Assembly: GCA_009778955.1 (NCBI GenBank)
Contig: WRFD01000001.1
Coordinates: forward strand, 2,105-66,104
Origin: Desulfobulbus sp.
GTDB taxonomy: Bacteria; Desulfobacterota; Desulfobulbia; Desulfobulbales; Desulfobulbaceae
Direction of reading: 5' to 3'
DNA length: 64,000 nt
The notes beneath the pieces are model-generated. The model saw only the letters and a list, made by a program, of their open reading frames with translations. It had not been told where the DNA came from and did no database searches. Below, in pieces: positions 26,780-35,718 of the stretch; position 1 is the stretch's first letter; each line of letters opens with the position of its first letter. The translations under genes and the position numbers were made by a program.

Positions 26780-26998
26780 GCCCTCGTTACTTTAAGTGAT
26801 AATTTTTCCGAGTAAATACCACATAGCGAGGAAAGCGGCAATCGATTTTGCTGCGGGAGCCGCGCCTGCGGAATTGGGCCTGGAAAAGCGTGGCCAAATA
26901 GTGTAGTTTCGCCCAAAAATGAAGGGAACGATCATACGGTCGCGTCCTTGCCCCGCCCCGGATAGTATCCGTCAACCCGCAACTGAGACACGACAAGG

Positions 26999-27367
26999 AT
27001 GGACGAACAGAAGAAGGTGAACGGAACCGGCATGGCCCGGATCATGCGGGCCATGCGCTGCTCGTATGTAGGGTTAACCGCAGCCTATCGCAACGAAGAG
27101 GCCTTCCGCCAGGAACTGCTCGTCTGCCTGGCGCTTTTGCCGGTGGCCTGCTGGCTCGGCCACAGCAATGTCGAGCGTGCACTCCTGGCGGGTAGCCTTA
27201 TCCTGCTGCTGATCGTCGAACTGCTCAACACCGGCATTGAGGTGGTGGTCAACCGGATCGGCCCCGAGCGCCATGAGTTGTCGGGCCTGGCCAAGGACCT
27301 TGGTTCGGCGGCCGTCTTCATGGCTATTGTCCAGGTGGTGGTGGTCTGGTGCCTGGTGCTTTTCTGA
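26999..27367 (+). CDS. dgkA: Diacylglycerol kinase (prokaryotic DgkA)
   Basis: 122-aa protein with three TM segments, AFRQELL and IVELLNTGIEVVVNRIG motifs. Confidence 0.9.
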   Translation: MDEQKKVNGTGMARIMRAMRCSYVGLTAAYRNEEAFRQELLVCLALLPVACWLGHSNVERALLAGSLILLLIVELLNTGIEVVVNRIGPERHELSGLAKDLGSAAVFMAIVQVVVVWCLVLF

Positions 27368-27531
27368 CTTCGACGGTGAGTTCGCCGCCGGCAAAGCCTT
27401 AGGACGCCCAGAAACCCGGCTCGGCGGGAATTTCACCGAGAGCGCGGGTCTTGAAGCGGTTGAAGACGGCGAGGGTCGCTTCCTGCCGCGACGCCTTCAG
27501 GCGTCCGGGATTTATTCGGCTCTTCGTCGTT

Positions 27532-27867
27532 TCATGTGGATTTCAGAATATTCTGAATCGGAGCGGCGATGAGGTAGATTATGGTGATGAAGGTTTCGTC
27601 GTTCCGAAATCCTCTTGCCCGGCGTTTGGCGGCTTGGAAGATGCCGTTGAGCGCTTCGATCCTGGCGTTGCTGTGGCCGGAATCCCAACGGGCAAGGATG
27701 GCTTTGCCGTGTTTGACGATGGTGGCCAATGCCTTGCGAACCGGTTTGAGCAGATCAGCTTCGGCAGCCAATTTCGAGGCGACATTGATGAAAAATAAAA
27801 GCGGCATCGAGGCCGGGAAGAAAAAAGCCCTGAGAAGCCCTGTAATCGACTTCTCGGGGCAGTCCAC
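27532..27867 (-). pseudogene. ISL3-family transposase ghost, C-terminal ~90 aa
   Basis: ...LKPVRKALATIVKHGKAILARWDSGHSNARIEALNGIFQAAKRRARGFRNDETFITIIYLIAAPI matches, from memory, the ISL3 C-terminus (HWdGvLrWfdskisNGilEGiNslvQaAKakARGyR...mvYLlagkl). No upstream catalytic region remains. Confidence 0.6.
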
Positions 27868-27986
27868 CCCTAGGGCAAGGTTGCGGGCAGAAAAACGATT
27901 ACAGGAAAAACTAAACGATGTTTAAACGCTATTGCTCTCTGTGTCGAGTTGGGGCTCTGGTGGCGGCTGGCTGCTTCAAGCTGGAC

Positions 27987-28136
27987 AAAAACGAACTTGC
28001 GGACGGTTTTGAGGACGCCCGGTGAGTCGAGGCGCCAAAAACGACTTCACTGTCGTTTTTGAAGCGGGAGAAAAACGCAGAAGGGCAAAAACGAACTGAG
28101 GGCGTTTTTTGAAGTTGCTCGGGCCGGAGCGATGAA
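27987..28136. repeat. Three tandem 50-nt units, each starting with a hairpin AAAAACG-N8-9-CGTTTTT
   Basis: AAAAACGA occurs at 27987, 28037 and 28087, an exact 50-nt phase. Each is followed 8-10 nt later by CG(G)TTTT(T)GA(A/G)G. The middle copy is a perfect 9-bp stem AAAAACGAC/GTCGTTTTT. The second half of each unit is not conserved. Confidence 0.6.
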
Positions 28137-28195
28137 GGGGCCCTTACTCTCTCCGTAGCAGAGCGGGCACCAGGACCGGTTGACGAGGCTGCGGT

Positions 28196-28312
28196 TCAGC
28201 CTGTTTCGTCGTGTCCAAAATCCACCGTCAGGACCATTTTTTCCAGGGGATCGCCTACCGTGGACAAGCGGCGGAGTCGTTTTGCTTCGGCGAAAAAATT
28301 GAGTTGCTTCAT
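28196..28312 (-). pseudogene. IS5-like transposase ghost (N-terminal ~38 aa)
   Basis: MKQLNFFAEAKRLRRLSTVGDPLEKMVLTVDFGHDETG(stop) resembles the IS5-family N-terminus (MKQxxFF...L...GDPLexL...idwe.Fr), with a frame-shifted continuation DFWTRRNRLNRSL. Confidence 0.4.
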
Positions 28313-28445
28313 GGCGCTTGTGTATTTTCACTTTTACAGCATACGTGGCATGCGATCAATTTTAATTATATTTACAAAGAGATAGCACACTATTTGCGCA
28401 TAAGATAAAAGTATAAATACGTCACCAAGACCTCTTTTTCACCTC

Positions 28446-28673
28446 GTGAACCGGGTTGGGTTTTTCGAGGTGCCCTATATCTTTTTGGCCATCTACTGCC
28501 ATGGTGAGCAAGGTGAGCCGGTCTCCATCCACCGGGTCCGCCAACTACGCAACCAAATCCTCAATGAATACCGAACGGAATACATTGAATCTGCCATGCA
28601 AGGACTGCCTATACCCCGACAATATCATACATGCAAAAACTTAACCGGACATTGCTGGAAATATTTAGAATAA
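28446..28673 (+). CDS. Hypothetical small protein (GTG start), doubtful
   Basis: 75-codon ORF in an AT-rich patch next to IS debris. No recognisable motif and no clear RBS. Confidence 0.2.
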   Translation: MNRVGFFEVPYIFLAIYCHGEQGEPVSIHRVRQLRNQILNEYRTEYIESAMQGLPIPRQYHTCKNLTGHCWKYLE

Positions 28674-28687
28674 CAAGGCGGGACGAA

Positions 28688-28731
28688 CAAAAAAAGCCTG
28701 GGGAGCAGCCATCCGGTCGCTCCCCAGGCTT
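28688..28731 (-). terminator. Rho-independent terminator of pal
   Basis: 12-bp stem AGCCTGGGGAGC / GCTCCCCAGGCT, followed on the minus strand by a run of T (A-run 28689-28695 on the + strand). About 30 nt after the pal stop. Confidence 0.75.
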
Positions 28732-28759
28732 TGTTAGGGAAATCAATGAGCGGGTCGTT

Positions 28760-29383
28760 TTATTCGAGGATGAAATCGTCGCGCCGGTTGTGGGCGTAAT
28801 CGTCTTCGCTGCTGCCGGTGAACAACGGACGCTCCTCGCCATAGCTGACGGTGCGGATACGGCTTGCGTCGATGCCGAACTCGCGTAGGTACTTTTTGGC
28901 CGCTACGGCGCGCCGCTCACCCAGAGCGATATTGTATTCGTTGGTGCCCCGATAGTCTGTATTGCCTTCGATCAGCACCCGAGCCGTGGGATTGTTGCGC
29001 AAGTAGGTGCCATTGTGCTCCATGACCGGGATCTGGTCGCCCCTGATTTTGGACTGGTCGTAGTCAAAGTAGATCGGCTTGAACTGGGGGGAGCTGCGAC
29101 CGTGTTCACGTTTGTAGGCATCGCTCTGCGAGTCGGCATCACCGCCTAGGCTGCCGGAGCCGCCTCGGCCAGTGGAGTCGAGCCCTTCGGCGCCGCCATG
29201 GCCGCCATTGGTTCCTGGCCCCATTTCCTCGGTAATGCTGCCCATTTGGTTGCCGTTCATGCTATCGGCAGCGCCTGTGCCCCCTCCGGCGTAGGGAGAA
29301 ACCGGTTTCGGGGCGCAGCCGCCTTGGAAAAGAAGGGCGCTGGCCAGGGTGGCGGCGAGAAAAAAACGGGAAAGTGTACTCAT
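28760..29383 (-). CDS. pal: Peptidoglycan-associated lipoprotein (OmpA-domain, Pal-like)
   Basis: Lipobox LLFQGGC, a Gly-rich linker, and a C-terminal OmpA domain (IYFDYDQSKI...LIEGNTDYRGTNEYNIALGERRA). Not embedded in a tol cluster here. Confidence 0.85.
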   Translation of the reverse strand: MSTLSRFFLAATLASALLFQGGCAPKPVSPYAGGGTGAADSMNGNQMGSITEEMGPGTNGGHGGAEGLDSTGRGGSGSLGGDADSQSDAYKREHGRSSPQFKPIYFDYDQSKIRGDQIPVMEHNGTYLRNNPTARVLIEGNTDYRGTNEYNIALGERRAVAAKKYLREFGIDASRIRTVSYGEERPLFTGSSEDDYAHNRRDDFILE

Positions 29384-29637
29384 AGATTGGCCTCGAAAAA
29401 AGAATGAAGGACAAGGAAGTAACGGTTGTCGATGTATACTTGCAACCGGATGACAACGTCAATAAAAACCTAGCATTTCCGAGATATCGGCCCGCTCGGC
29501 CTTACGGTCAGCGCATGGGATCGGCGCCTTTTTCTTGCGGCCTTTGAATGGGGATGATAGAAACTCTCGTCTTGCATCGTCTGAAGCAGCCATGTTCACC
29601 AAGCCCCCAAAGCCGGCCAGTCCGGCGACCCATCGCC

Positions 29638-30063
29638 ATGAATCGTGAACTTCTTGAAATATGCGAGTACAGCGGCCACGGATACAAACCTCTGGTCGAT
29701 TTCGGGGCCTGGCGGGTGGCGGTTCTCAACTACAGCGCCGACCTGCTGCCGGTACGCCTCGACCGGATGCAGCGCCACAACGAGACCGACGAGGTGTTCG
29801 TCCTCTTGGCCGGCCGCTGCATCCTGTTTGTCGGTGAAGGACAATACGCGGTCACCGAGATCCATGCCGAGGATCTCCAGCCGGGATGCGTGTATAACGT
29901 CAAGCAGGCGGTCTGGCACACCCATACCTTGAGTTCGGACGCCAAAGTGCTGGTGGTGGAGAACCGCGAAACCACCTACGACAACTCTCCCTTTACCCCC
30001 CTGACCGAGGCCCAGCAACAGCGCCTGCTCGACCTGACTCGCTTGCTGTGGGATGGGGTTTGA
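29638..30063 (+). CDS. Cupin-fold protein of unknown function
   Basis: 141 aa. The pattern W-RVAVLNY ... HNETDEVFVLLAGRCILFVG ... VWHTH suggests a cupin beta-barrel. Start taken at MNRELLE. Confidence 0.5.
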   Translation: MNRELLEICEYSGHGYKPLVDFGAWRVAVLNYSADLLPVRLDRMQRHNETDEVFVLLAGRCILFVGEGQYAVTEIHAEDLQPGCVYNVKQAVWHTHTLSSDAKVLVVENRETTYDNSPFTPLTEAQQQRLLDLTRLLWDGV

Positions 30064-30242
30064 GCGATGAGCGTTCAGGGTGATGTTTTGCTTTCAATAA
30101 TAAAATCAACAGGTTTTATGGTTGGTTTTCGCTATGCGCCGACTTGTAAAGAGGGGGGGGATCGTGTATAGTTTTTGCCCAATCGTTCATCCGGCGGCCT
30201 GGCTGCCTCCCTCGCTGTTTTCCTGAGCTGAAAGGTTACGGT

Positions 30243-31904
30243 ATGCATGCTTCCTTAAGTAAAAAAACCAAGTTCATTTTTATTACCGGCGGAGTCCTTT
30301 CCTCCCTGGGCAAGGGCCTGTCGGCCGCCTCCATCGGCGCGCTGCTCGAATCGCGCGGTCTGACCGTGACCTTCCTGAAGCTCGACCCGTATATCAACGT
30401 CGATCCCGGCACCATGAACCCCTTTCAGCACGGCGAGGTCTATGTCACCAACGACGGCGCCGAGACCGACCTCGACATGGGGCATTACGAACGCTACACC
30501 AACGCGGTCATGGGGCAGAGGAACAACTACACATCGGGCCGCATTTACTATTCGGTGATCATGAAGGAGCGCCGCGGGGAGTATTTGGGCGGCACGGTCC
30601 AGGTTATCCCCCACATCACAGACGAGATCAAGGAAGCGATCGTCCAGTTGGACGGTTGTGCCGACGTGGCCATCATCGAGATTGGCGGCACTGTGGGCGA
30701 CATTGAGGGGCTGCCCTTCATCGAGGCGATCCGCCAGCTTCGCACCGACCTGGGCCGGGAATTCACCCTGTTTATCCACCTGACCTTGGTGCCCTACATC
30801 AGGACTGCCGGCGAGGTGAAAACCAAGCCGACCCAGCATTCGGTCAAGGAACTGCTGGCCTCGGGCATCCAGCCCGATATCCTCATGTGCCGGGCCGAGC
30901 AGCCGCTCACCGACGACCTGAAGAAGAAAATCGCCTTGTTCTGCAATGTCGACGCCAACGCGGTCATTTCGGCGGTGGATGTGGAGAGCATCTACGAATT
31001 GCCGCTGAAGATCAGACAGGAAGGAGTCGATGACCGCATCCTCGAAAAACTGGGCATCTGGACCGGGGCGCCCAATATGGATCCCTGGGAGCGGCTGGTG
31101 CGCCGGATCAGGAACCCTAGAAGCACGGTGACCATCGGCATCACCGGTAAGTACGTCGACTTGAAGGAATCCTACAAGAGTCTGCACGAGGCCCTGATCC
31201 ACGGCGGTATCGTCAACGATGCCAAGGTGGCCCTCCAGTATATCAGCGCCGACAGCCTGGAAGAAGGCACGGCTTTGGAGCAGCTCGCCAACTGCGACGG
31301 CATCCTGGTGCCCGGCGGTTTCGGCAGCCGCGGCATGGAAGGCAAGATCCGGGCCGTGGCCTATGCCCGCGAGCACAAGATCCCGTTTTTCGGAATTTGT
31401 TTGGGAATGCAGTTGGCTGTGGTCGAATTTGCCCGCACCATTGCCCAAGTTGAGGGTGCGCATTCGGTGGAATTCAACCAGGCTACCCCGCATCCGGTTA
31501 TCTATCTGATGGCCGAGTGGTTCGATTTCCGTACCGGCAAAATCGAGAAGCGCGATCAGGATTCCGACATGGGCGGCACGTTGCGGCTCGGCGCGTATCC
31601 CTGCACCCTCAAACCCGGCACCTTTGCCGCCGCAGCCTACGGCAAGGACGAGATCAGCGAACGTCACCGTCATCGTTACGAATTCAACAACGCCTATCGG
31701 GCGCCGTTGGAGGAGGCCGGCCTGATCGTCAGCGGCACCTCTCCAGACGGCAATCTGGTGGAGATCGTCGAGCTGGCTGACCATCCCTGGTTCCTCGGCT
31801 GCCAGTTCCACCCCGAGTTCCAATCCAAGCCGATGCAGCCCCACCCCCTGTTCCGGGATTTCATCAAAGCCGCCATGGCCTCCGGCCAAGGTGACCGTTT
31901 GTGA
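30243..31904 (+). CDS. pyrG: CTP synthase
   Basis: [16 protein letters not shown], and the glutamine amidotransferase triad context GICLGMQ ... HRHRYE. Confidence 0.97.
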   Translation: MHASLSKKTKFIFITGGVLSSLGKGLSAASIGALLESRGLTVTFLKLDPYINVDPGTMNPFQHGEVYVTNDGAETDLDMGHYERYTNAVMGQRNNYTSGRIYYSVIMKERRGEYLGGTVQVIPHITDEIKEAIVQLDGCADVAIIEIGGTVGDIEGLPFIEAIRQLRTDLGREFTLFIHLTLVPYIRTAGEVKTKPTQHSVKELLASGIQPDILMCRAEQPLTDDLKKKIALFCNVDANAVISAVDVESIYELPLKIRQEGVDDRILEKLGIWTGAPNMDPWERLVRRIRNPRSTVTIGITGKYVDLKESYKSLHEALIHGGIVNDAKVALQYISADSLEEGTALEQLANCDGILVPGGFGSRGMEGKIRAVAYAREHKIPFFGICLGMQLAVVEFARTIAQVEGAHSVEFNQATPHPVIYLMAEWFDFRTGKIEKRDQDSDMGGTLRLGAYPCTLKPGTFAAAAYGKDEISERHRHRYEFNNAYRAPLEEAGLIVSGTSPDGNLVEIVELADHPWFLGCQFHPEFQSKPMQPHPLFRDFIKAAMASGQGDRL

Positions 31905-31905
31905 A

Positions 31906-32754
31906 ATGACAAACACCGTTCACATCACCCCCACTCCCGCCGGACCCATCGATGTTGGGCCAATGGCTCCTCTGCTGCTGATCGCCGGTCCGTGCGTGCT
32001 TGAAGATGCCGAACTCGCAAGGGAAATTGCCGTGGAGATGCGGGCCGTGGCCGCTCGCCTGGGCCTTTCCTACGTGTTCAAGGCCTCGTTCGACAAGGCG
32101 AACCGGACCTCGCTCGCTTCGTTCCGGGGACCTGGTCCAGAGAAGGGGCTTCAGATTCTCGGCTGGCTGCGCGAAGAGGCGCGGGTGCCGGTGCTTTCCG
32201 ACATCCACGAGCCGGCCCATGCGAAAATTGCCGCCGATGTGCTCGATATTCTTCAGATTCCAGCCTTCCTCTGCCGCCAGACCGACCTGTTGGTGGCCGC
32301 CGCCCGCACCGGCAAAGTGGTCAACATCAAGAAGGGGCAGTTCGTTTCACCCTGGGACATGGCCAACGCGGTAGACAAGGTACGCAGCGCCGGCAGCGAG
32401 CGGATACTGCTCACCGAGCGTGGTTCCAGCTTCGGGTATAACAACCTGGTAGTGGACATGCGCTCCCTGCCGGTCATGCGCTCCCTAGGCTTTCCAGTGG
32501 TGTTCGACGCCACCCATTCGGTCCAGCTGCCCGGCGGCGCCGGTTCGTGCTCCGGCGGGCAGCGCGAGTTCATCCCGATCCTGGCAAGAGCGGCGATGGC
32601 GGTGGGCATCGACGGTTTGTTTTTAGAGGTCCATCCCGACCCGGACAGGGCACTGTGCGACGGGCCCAACTCCTTGCCCCTGGCCGAGGTGGAACCTCTG
32701 CTCAAACAGCTGCTGGCGGTGCGCCAGGCTGTATCCGGAGTCATCAATGGCTGA
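31906..32754 (+). CDS. kdsA: 3-deoxy-8-phosphooctulonate synthase
   Basis: [38 protein letters not shown] at 31906 directly after the pyrG stop. The GTG at 31891 is the track alternative. Confidence 0.9.
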   Translation: MTNTVHITPTPAGPIDVGPMAPLLLIAGPCVLEDAELAREIAVEMRAVAARLGLSYVFKASFDKANRTSLASFRGPGPEKGLQILGWLREEARVPVLSDIHEPAHAKIAADVLDILQIPAFLCRQTDLLVAAARTGKVVNIKKGQFVSPWDMANAVDKVRSAGSERILLTERGSSFGYNNLVVDMRSLPVMRSLGFPVVFDATHSVQLPGGAGSCSGGQREFIPILARAAMAVGIDGLFLEVHPDPDRALCDGPNSLPLAEVEPLLKQLLAVRQAVSGVING

Positions 32755-33388
32755 ACAGTATTGCGGCAGACCGGGAGCGCCCTACCCGACCGACTGCGAG
32801 CTGACCGAGGCGCTGCGCAACCGGTCCATGCAACGGACCCGGCCGCAGGAACGCGGCGTCGCCTGGCAGGCCGCCCTGCCCAGGGCCCGACAGGTTCAGT
32901 TGCTGCTGCTCGATGTCGACGGCGTGCTCACCGACGGTTCCCTGATGTATATCTCCGGCGGCGGCGAAGCCAAGTGCTTCAATTCCCAGGACGGCTTGGG
33001 CATCAGGCTGCTCCAGGACAGCGGGGTGGCGGTGGGCATCATCACCGCCCGCACCTCTGAGGCGGTAGAGCGCCGCGCCAGTGATCTGAAAATGGCCCAT
33101 GTCCTGCAGGGACAGCAGGATAAATTAACCGCCTACGAGTCCATCCTCAAGGCCACCGGCTTAAGGCCGCCGCAGACTGCCTACATGGGGGACGACTTCA
33201 TGGACCTACCCCTACTCAACCGGGCCGGATTCGCCGTTGCTCCCGCCAATGCGGTGGCCGAGATCCGTCAGCGAGCCCACTACACCACCGAACGCCCCGG
33301 CGGCCGCGGAGCGGTACGCGAGGTCTGCGATCTCATCCTCGAGGCCCAAGGCAATCTGGCGCGGATGCAGGCTAAATTCGACCGATGA
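32747..33388 (+). CDS. kdsC: KDO 8-phosphate phosphatase (HAD family)
   Basis: [13 protein letters not shown] ... GDDFMDLP ... AVAPANA. The N-terminal ~40 aa are an unsupported extension; an alternative start is at 32828. Confidence 0.85.
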   Translation: MAEQYCGRPGAPYPTDCELTEALRNRSMQRTRPQERGVAWQAALPRARQVQLLLLDVDGVLTDGSLMYISGGGEAKCFNSQDGLGIRLLQDSGVAVGIITARTSEAVERRASDLKMAHVLQGQQDKLTAYESILKATGLRPPQTAYMGDDFMDLPLLNRAGFAVAPANAVAEIRQRAHYTTERPGGRGAVREVCDLILEAQGNLARMQAKFDR

Positions 33389-33954
33389 TCAAAAATCCCC
33401 GCAATCTCCTTTGGCTTCTGCCGGTACTGCTCTTGGTCACCAGTCCGCTGTGGCGGCCGCCACTGGCTGTCTTTCTCGCTCCTCGCGGCGGCTACAACCC
33501 AAAGTTTGCGCAACCCCAGGAGGAGACTCCCATCCAGAATTTCGTCCTTGAGAGGGTAGCCATCACCATGACCACCAATGGCAAGGAGGAGTGGCAGATC
33601 GATGCCGAACGCGCGTACACCCAAGGCGACAATCACGAGATCGAGATGGAGGAGGTCAACGCCATGTACATCGGCTCGGAACGGGAGCCGATCAATGTCG
33701 AAAGCCGCAAGGGCCTCTATTTCATCGACAAGCGGCATCTGGTGCTCACCGACCAGGTCAAGGTGGTCAAGCCGCTTCGGGACCAGGTCATGCTTTCCGA
33801 ACGGCTCGAATATGACGAAGCCGACAAGATGCTGGTCAGTCCGGGCAAGGTGACCATCCTGGCGCCGAACATGAAGCTGAACGCCGGCCGGATGGACTAC
33901 GATTTTTCCACGGAAGGATTCGAGTTCAGCAACCGGGTCAAAGTCAAACTCTAA
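33385..33954 (+). CDS. lptC: LPS export system protein LptC
   Basis: N-terminal TM anchor plus an OstA-like beta-jellyroll pattern. Conserved kdsC-lptC order and an ATGA overlap with kdsC. Confidence 0.75.
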   Translation: MIKNPRNLLWLLPVLLLVTSPLWRPPLAVFLAPRGGYNPKFAQPQEETPIQNFVLERVAITMTTNGKEEWQIDAERAYTQGDNHEIEMEEVNAMYIGSEREPINVESRKGLYFIDKRHLVLTDQVKVVKPLRDQVMLSERLEYDEADKMLVSPGKVTILAPNMKLNAGRMDYDFSTEGFEFSNRVKVKL

Positions 33955-33997
33955 CCGCCGTCCGCAGAGCGGCGCCCCATGTGCGAAGGAATCAGTC

Positions 33998-35221
33998 ATG
34001 TTGAAAATAAACGAACATTACCTGAAATTGCAGGCCTCGTATCTCTTTTCCGATATCGCCAAACGGGTGGCGGCCTTTCAGGCTGCCTATCCCGAGCGCG
34101 AGGTGATCAAGCTGGGCATCGGCGATGTGACCCAGCCGCTGCCGTCCGCGTGCATTGCCGCCTTTCACTTGGCGGTCGACGAGATGGCGACCGCAGGCGG
34201 CTTTCGCGGCTACGGTCCGGAGCAGGGGTACGAGTTTTTACGCCTGGCGATCGCGAAACATGATTTCCAGGCTCGCGGCGCCGACATTCAGGCCGACGAG
34301 GTGTTTGTCTCCGATGGCGCCAAGTGCGATACCGGCAATATCCAGGAGCTGTTTGCCGGCGATGCCAAAATCGCCATTCCCGACCCGGTGTACCCGGTCT
34401 ACCTCGACACCAACGTCATGGCCGGCCGCACTGGCGCCTTCAAGGACGGCCGCTACGGAGGGATCGTCTACCTGGAATCGACTCGGCGCAACAACTACGT
34501 GCCCGACCTGCCCAAGGAGCCGGTGGACTTGATCTATCTCTGCTTTCCCAATAACCCCACCGGATCGACCATCACCAAGGAGCAGTTAAAGGTATGGGTC
34601 GATTTTGCCCTAGACGCCAAGGCGCTCATTCTCTTCGATGCGGCCTACGAGGCCTTTATCCGCGATCCCGCTCTGCCGCATTCGATTTTCGAGATCGAAG
34701 GCGCCCGAGAGGTGGCGATCGAATTCCGCAGTTATTCCAAGAGCGCCGGGTTCACCGGCACCCGCTGCGCCTACACCGTGGTGCCTAAGGAGTGCGTTGC
34801 CTTTGATTCGGCCGGTGCCAAGCAAGCCATTCACCCGCTGTGGAACCGGCGGCACTGCACCAAGTTCAACGGCGTTTCCTACCCGGTGCAGCGAGCGGCC
34901 GATGCGGTCTATTCGCCCGAAGGAAAAGCCCAATGCACCGCCCTGATCGACGGCTACCTGGCCAACGCCAAGATCATCCGCCAGGCCATGAACGAACTGG
35001 GCTACCACACCGTCGGCGGCGACAACGCCCCCTATGTTTGGATCGAGGCCAAGGGTGATTCGTGGGCGCTTTTCGATCTGCTGCTGAATAAGGCCGGAGT
35101 GGTCTGCACTCCGGGAGCAGGTTTCGGCAAGTGCGGCCAGGGGTATATCCGCCTGTCGGCGTTCAACTCCGAGGCCAATGTGGGCAAAGCCATGGCCAGA
35201 ATCCGGGAAGCCCTGGGCTGA
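33998..35221 (+). CDS. dapL: LL-diaminopimelate aminotransferase
   Basis: [24 protein letters not shown] and [13 protein letters not shown] (PLP lysine) are characteristic DapL signatures. Confidence 0.9.
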   Translation: MLKINEHYLKLQASYLFSDIAKRVAAFQAAYPEREVIKLGIGDVTQPLPSACIAAFHLAVDEMATAGGFRGYGPEQGYEFLRLAIAKHDFQARGADIQADEVFVSDGAKCDTGNIQELFAGDAKIAIPDPVYPVYLDTNVMAGRTGAFKDGRYGGIVYLESTRRNNYVPDLPKEPVDLIYLCFPNNPTGSTITKEQLKVWVDFALDAKALILFDAAYEAFIRDPALPHSIFEIEGAREVAIEFRSYSKSAGFTGTRCAYTVVPKECVAFDSAGAKQAIHPLWNRRHCTKFNGVSYPVQRAADAVYSPEGKAQCTALIDGYLANAKIIRQAMNELGYHTVGGDNAPYVWIEAKGDSWALFDLLLNKAGVVCTPGAGFGKCGQGYIRLSAFNSEANVGKAMARIREALG

Positions 35222-35254
35222 TAGGCGCTTTACGCGCATTAAATTTTTCAATTG

Positions 35255-35286
35255 CGGGCGGCAGGATGTCGCCCGAGCCATTTTTT
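35255..35286 (+). terminator. Weak hairpin/T-run after dapL
   Basis: CGGGCG / CGCCCG 6-bp stem with a 9-nt loop, then TTTTTT 5 nt downstream of the stem. Confidence 0.35.
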
Positions 35287-35444
35287 GTCGACGAGCGTAT
35301 ATTTCAAATATTTCTGTCAGTTATCTGCGTGACCCTCGGAGTTTTCTCCCGTTGGTCTAAATGACAAAAAAACAGGAAATCCTTACTTCAGCCGGGCTTG
35401 CGTTTCAATGCCTGCGCGTGGGAACGATCAAACTAATAAAAATA

Positions 35445-35492
35445 CCCCCTTCCGGCGCTTCACAAGTAGCAGGCCGGATGGGGGCTTTTTTT
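35445..35492 (+). terminator. Strong orphan rho-independent terminator
   Basis: CCCCCTTCCGGC ... GCCGGATGGGGG stem (one A-T/T-T irregularity) followed by CTTTTTTT. It lies 220 nt past the dapL stop with no credible CDS in between. Confidence 0.7.
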
Positions 35493-35544
35493 GTCCACGG
35501 AAAATCAAATCGCCCGCCACGACCAGACAGCCGGAGGGGCCGCT

Positions 35545-35685
35545 TCAACCCACCCAGTTCTCCCGTTGCACGCTAACCAGATCCTCCGGCCGCATCACCC
35601 GGCAGGCCAGCACGCTTTCCCGGAAGGAGCCGTAAAGGGCCTCACGCGGAATCTTGAGCGTACCGTCGTCGTTTAGTTCGACCAT
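35545..35685 (-). CDS. Hypothetical 46-aa ORF downstream of the L,D-transpeptidase gene (doubtful)
   Basis: MVELNDDGTLKIPREALYGSFRESVLACRVMRPEDLVSVQRENWVG. Below the ORF-track cutoff, with no convincing RBS. Vague AbrB/SpoVT-like N-terminus. Confidence 0.15.
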   Translation of the reverse strand: MVELNDDGTLKIPREALYGSFRESVLACRVMRPEDLVSVQRENWVG

Positions 35686-35718
35686 GACGATCACATCTCG
35701 CCGTTGCCCAGGGTCAGT

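Noticed and set aside
27987-28136. CRISPR array interpretation of the 50-nt phased repeats, and likewise of the 24-nt repeats at 59789..59859.
   Set aside because: Each has only three copies. The conserved part is a short A/T-flanked hairpin rather than a 24-40-nt repeat with unique spacers of matching length. There are no cas genes in the window, and the second repeat set is in-frame coding sequence.
30255-31916. Very long antisense ORFs mirroring real genes. Examples: 553 aa opposite pyrG; 6099..7115 opposite hisC; 9546..10727 opposite the kinase; 20886..22214 opposite recA; 42858..44192 opposite parB; 61880..63109 opposite the kinase-like gene; 33280..33999 opposite lptC.
   Set aside because: Their translations are low-complexity and rich in Arg/Gly/Ala/Pro, with no motifs. 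The opposite strand carries unmistakable conserved proteins. These are typical shadow ORFs of GC-rich DNA.
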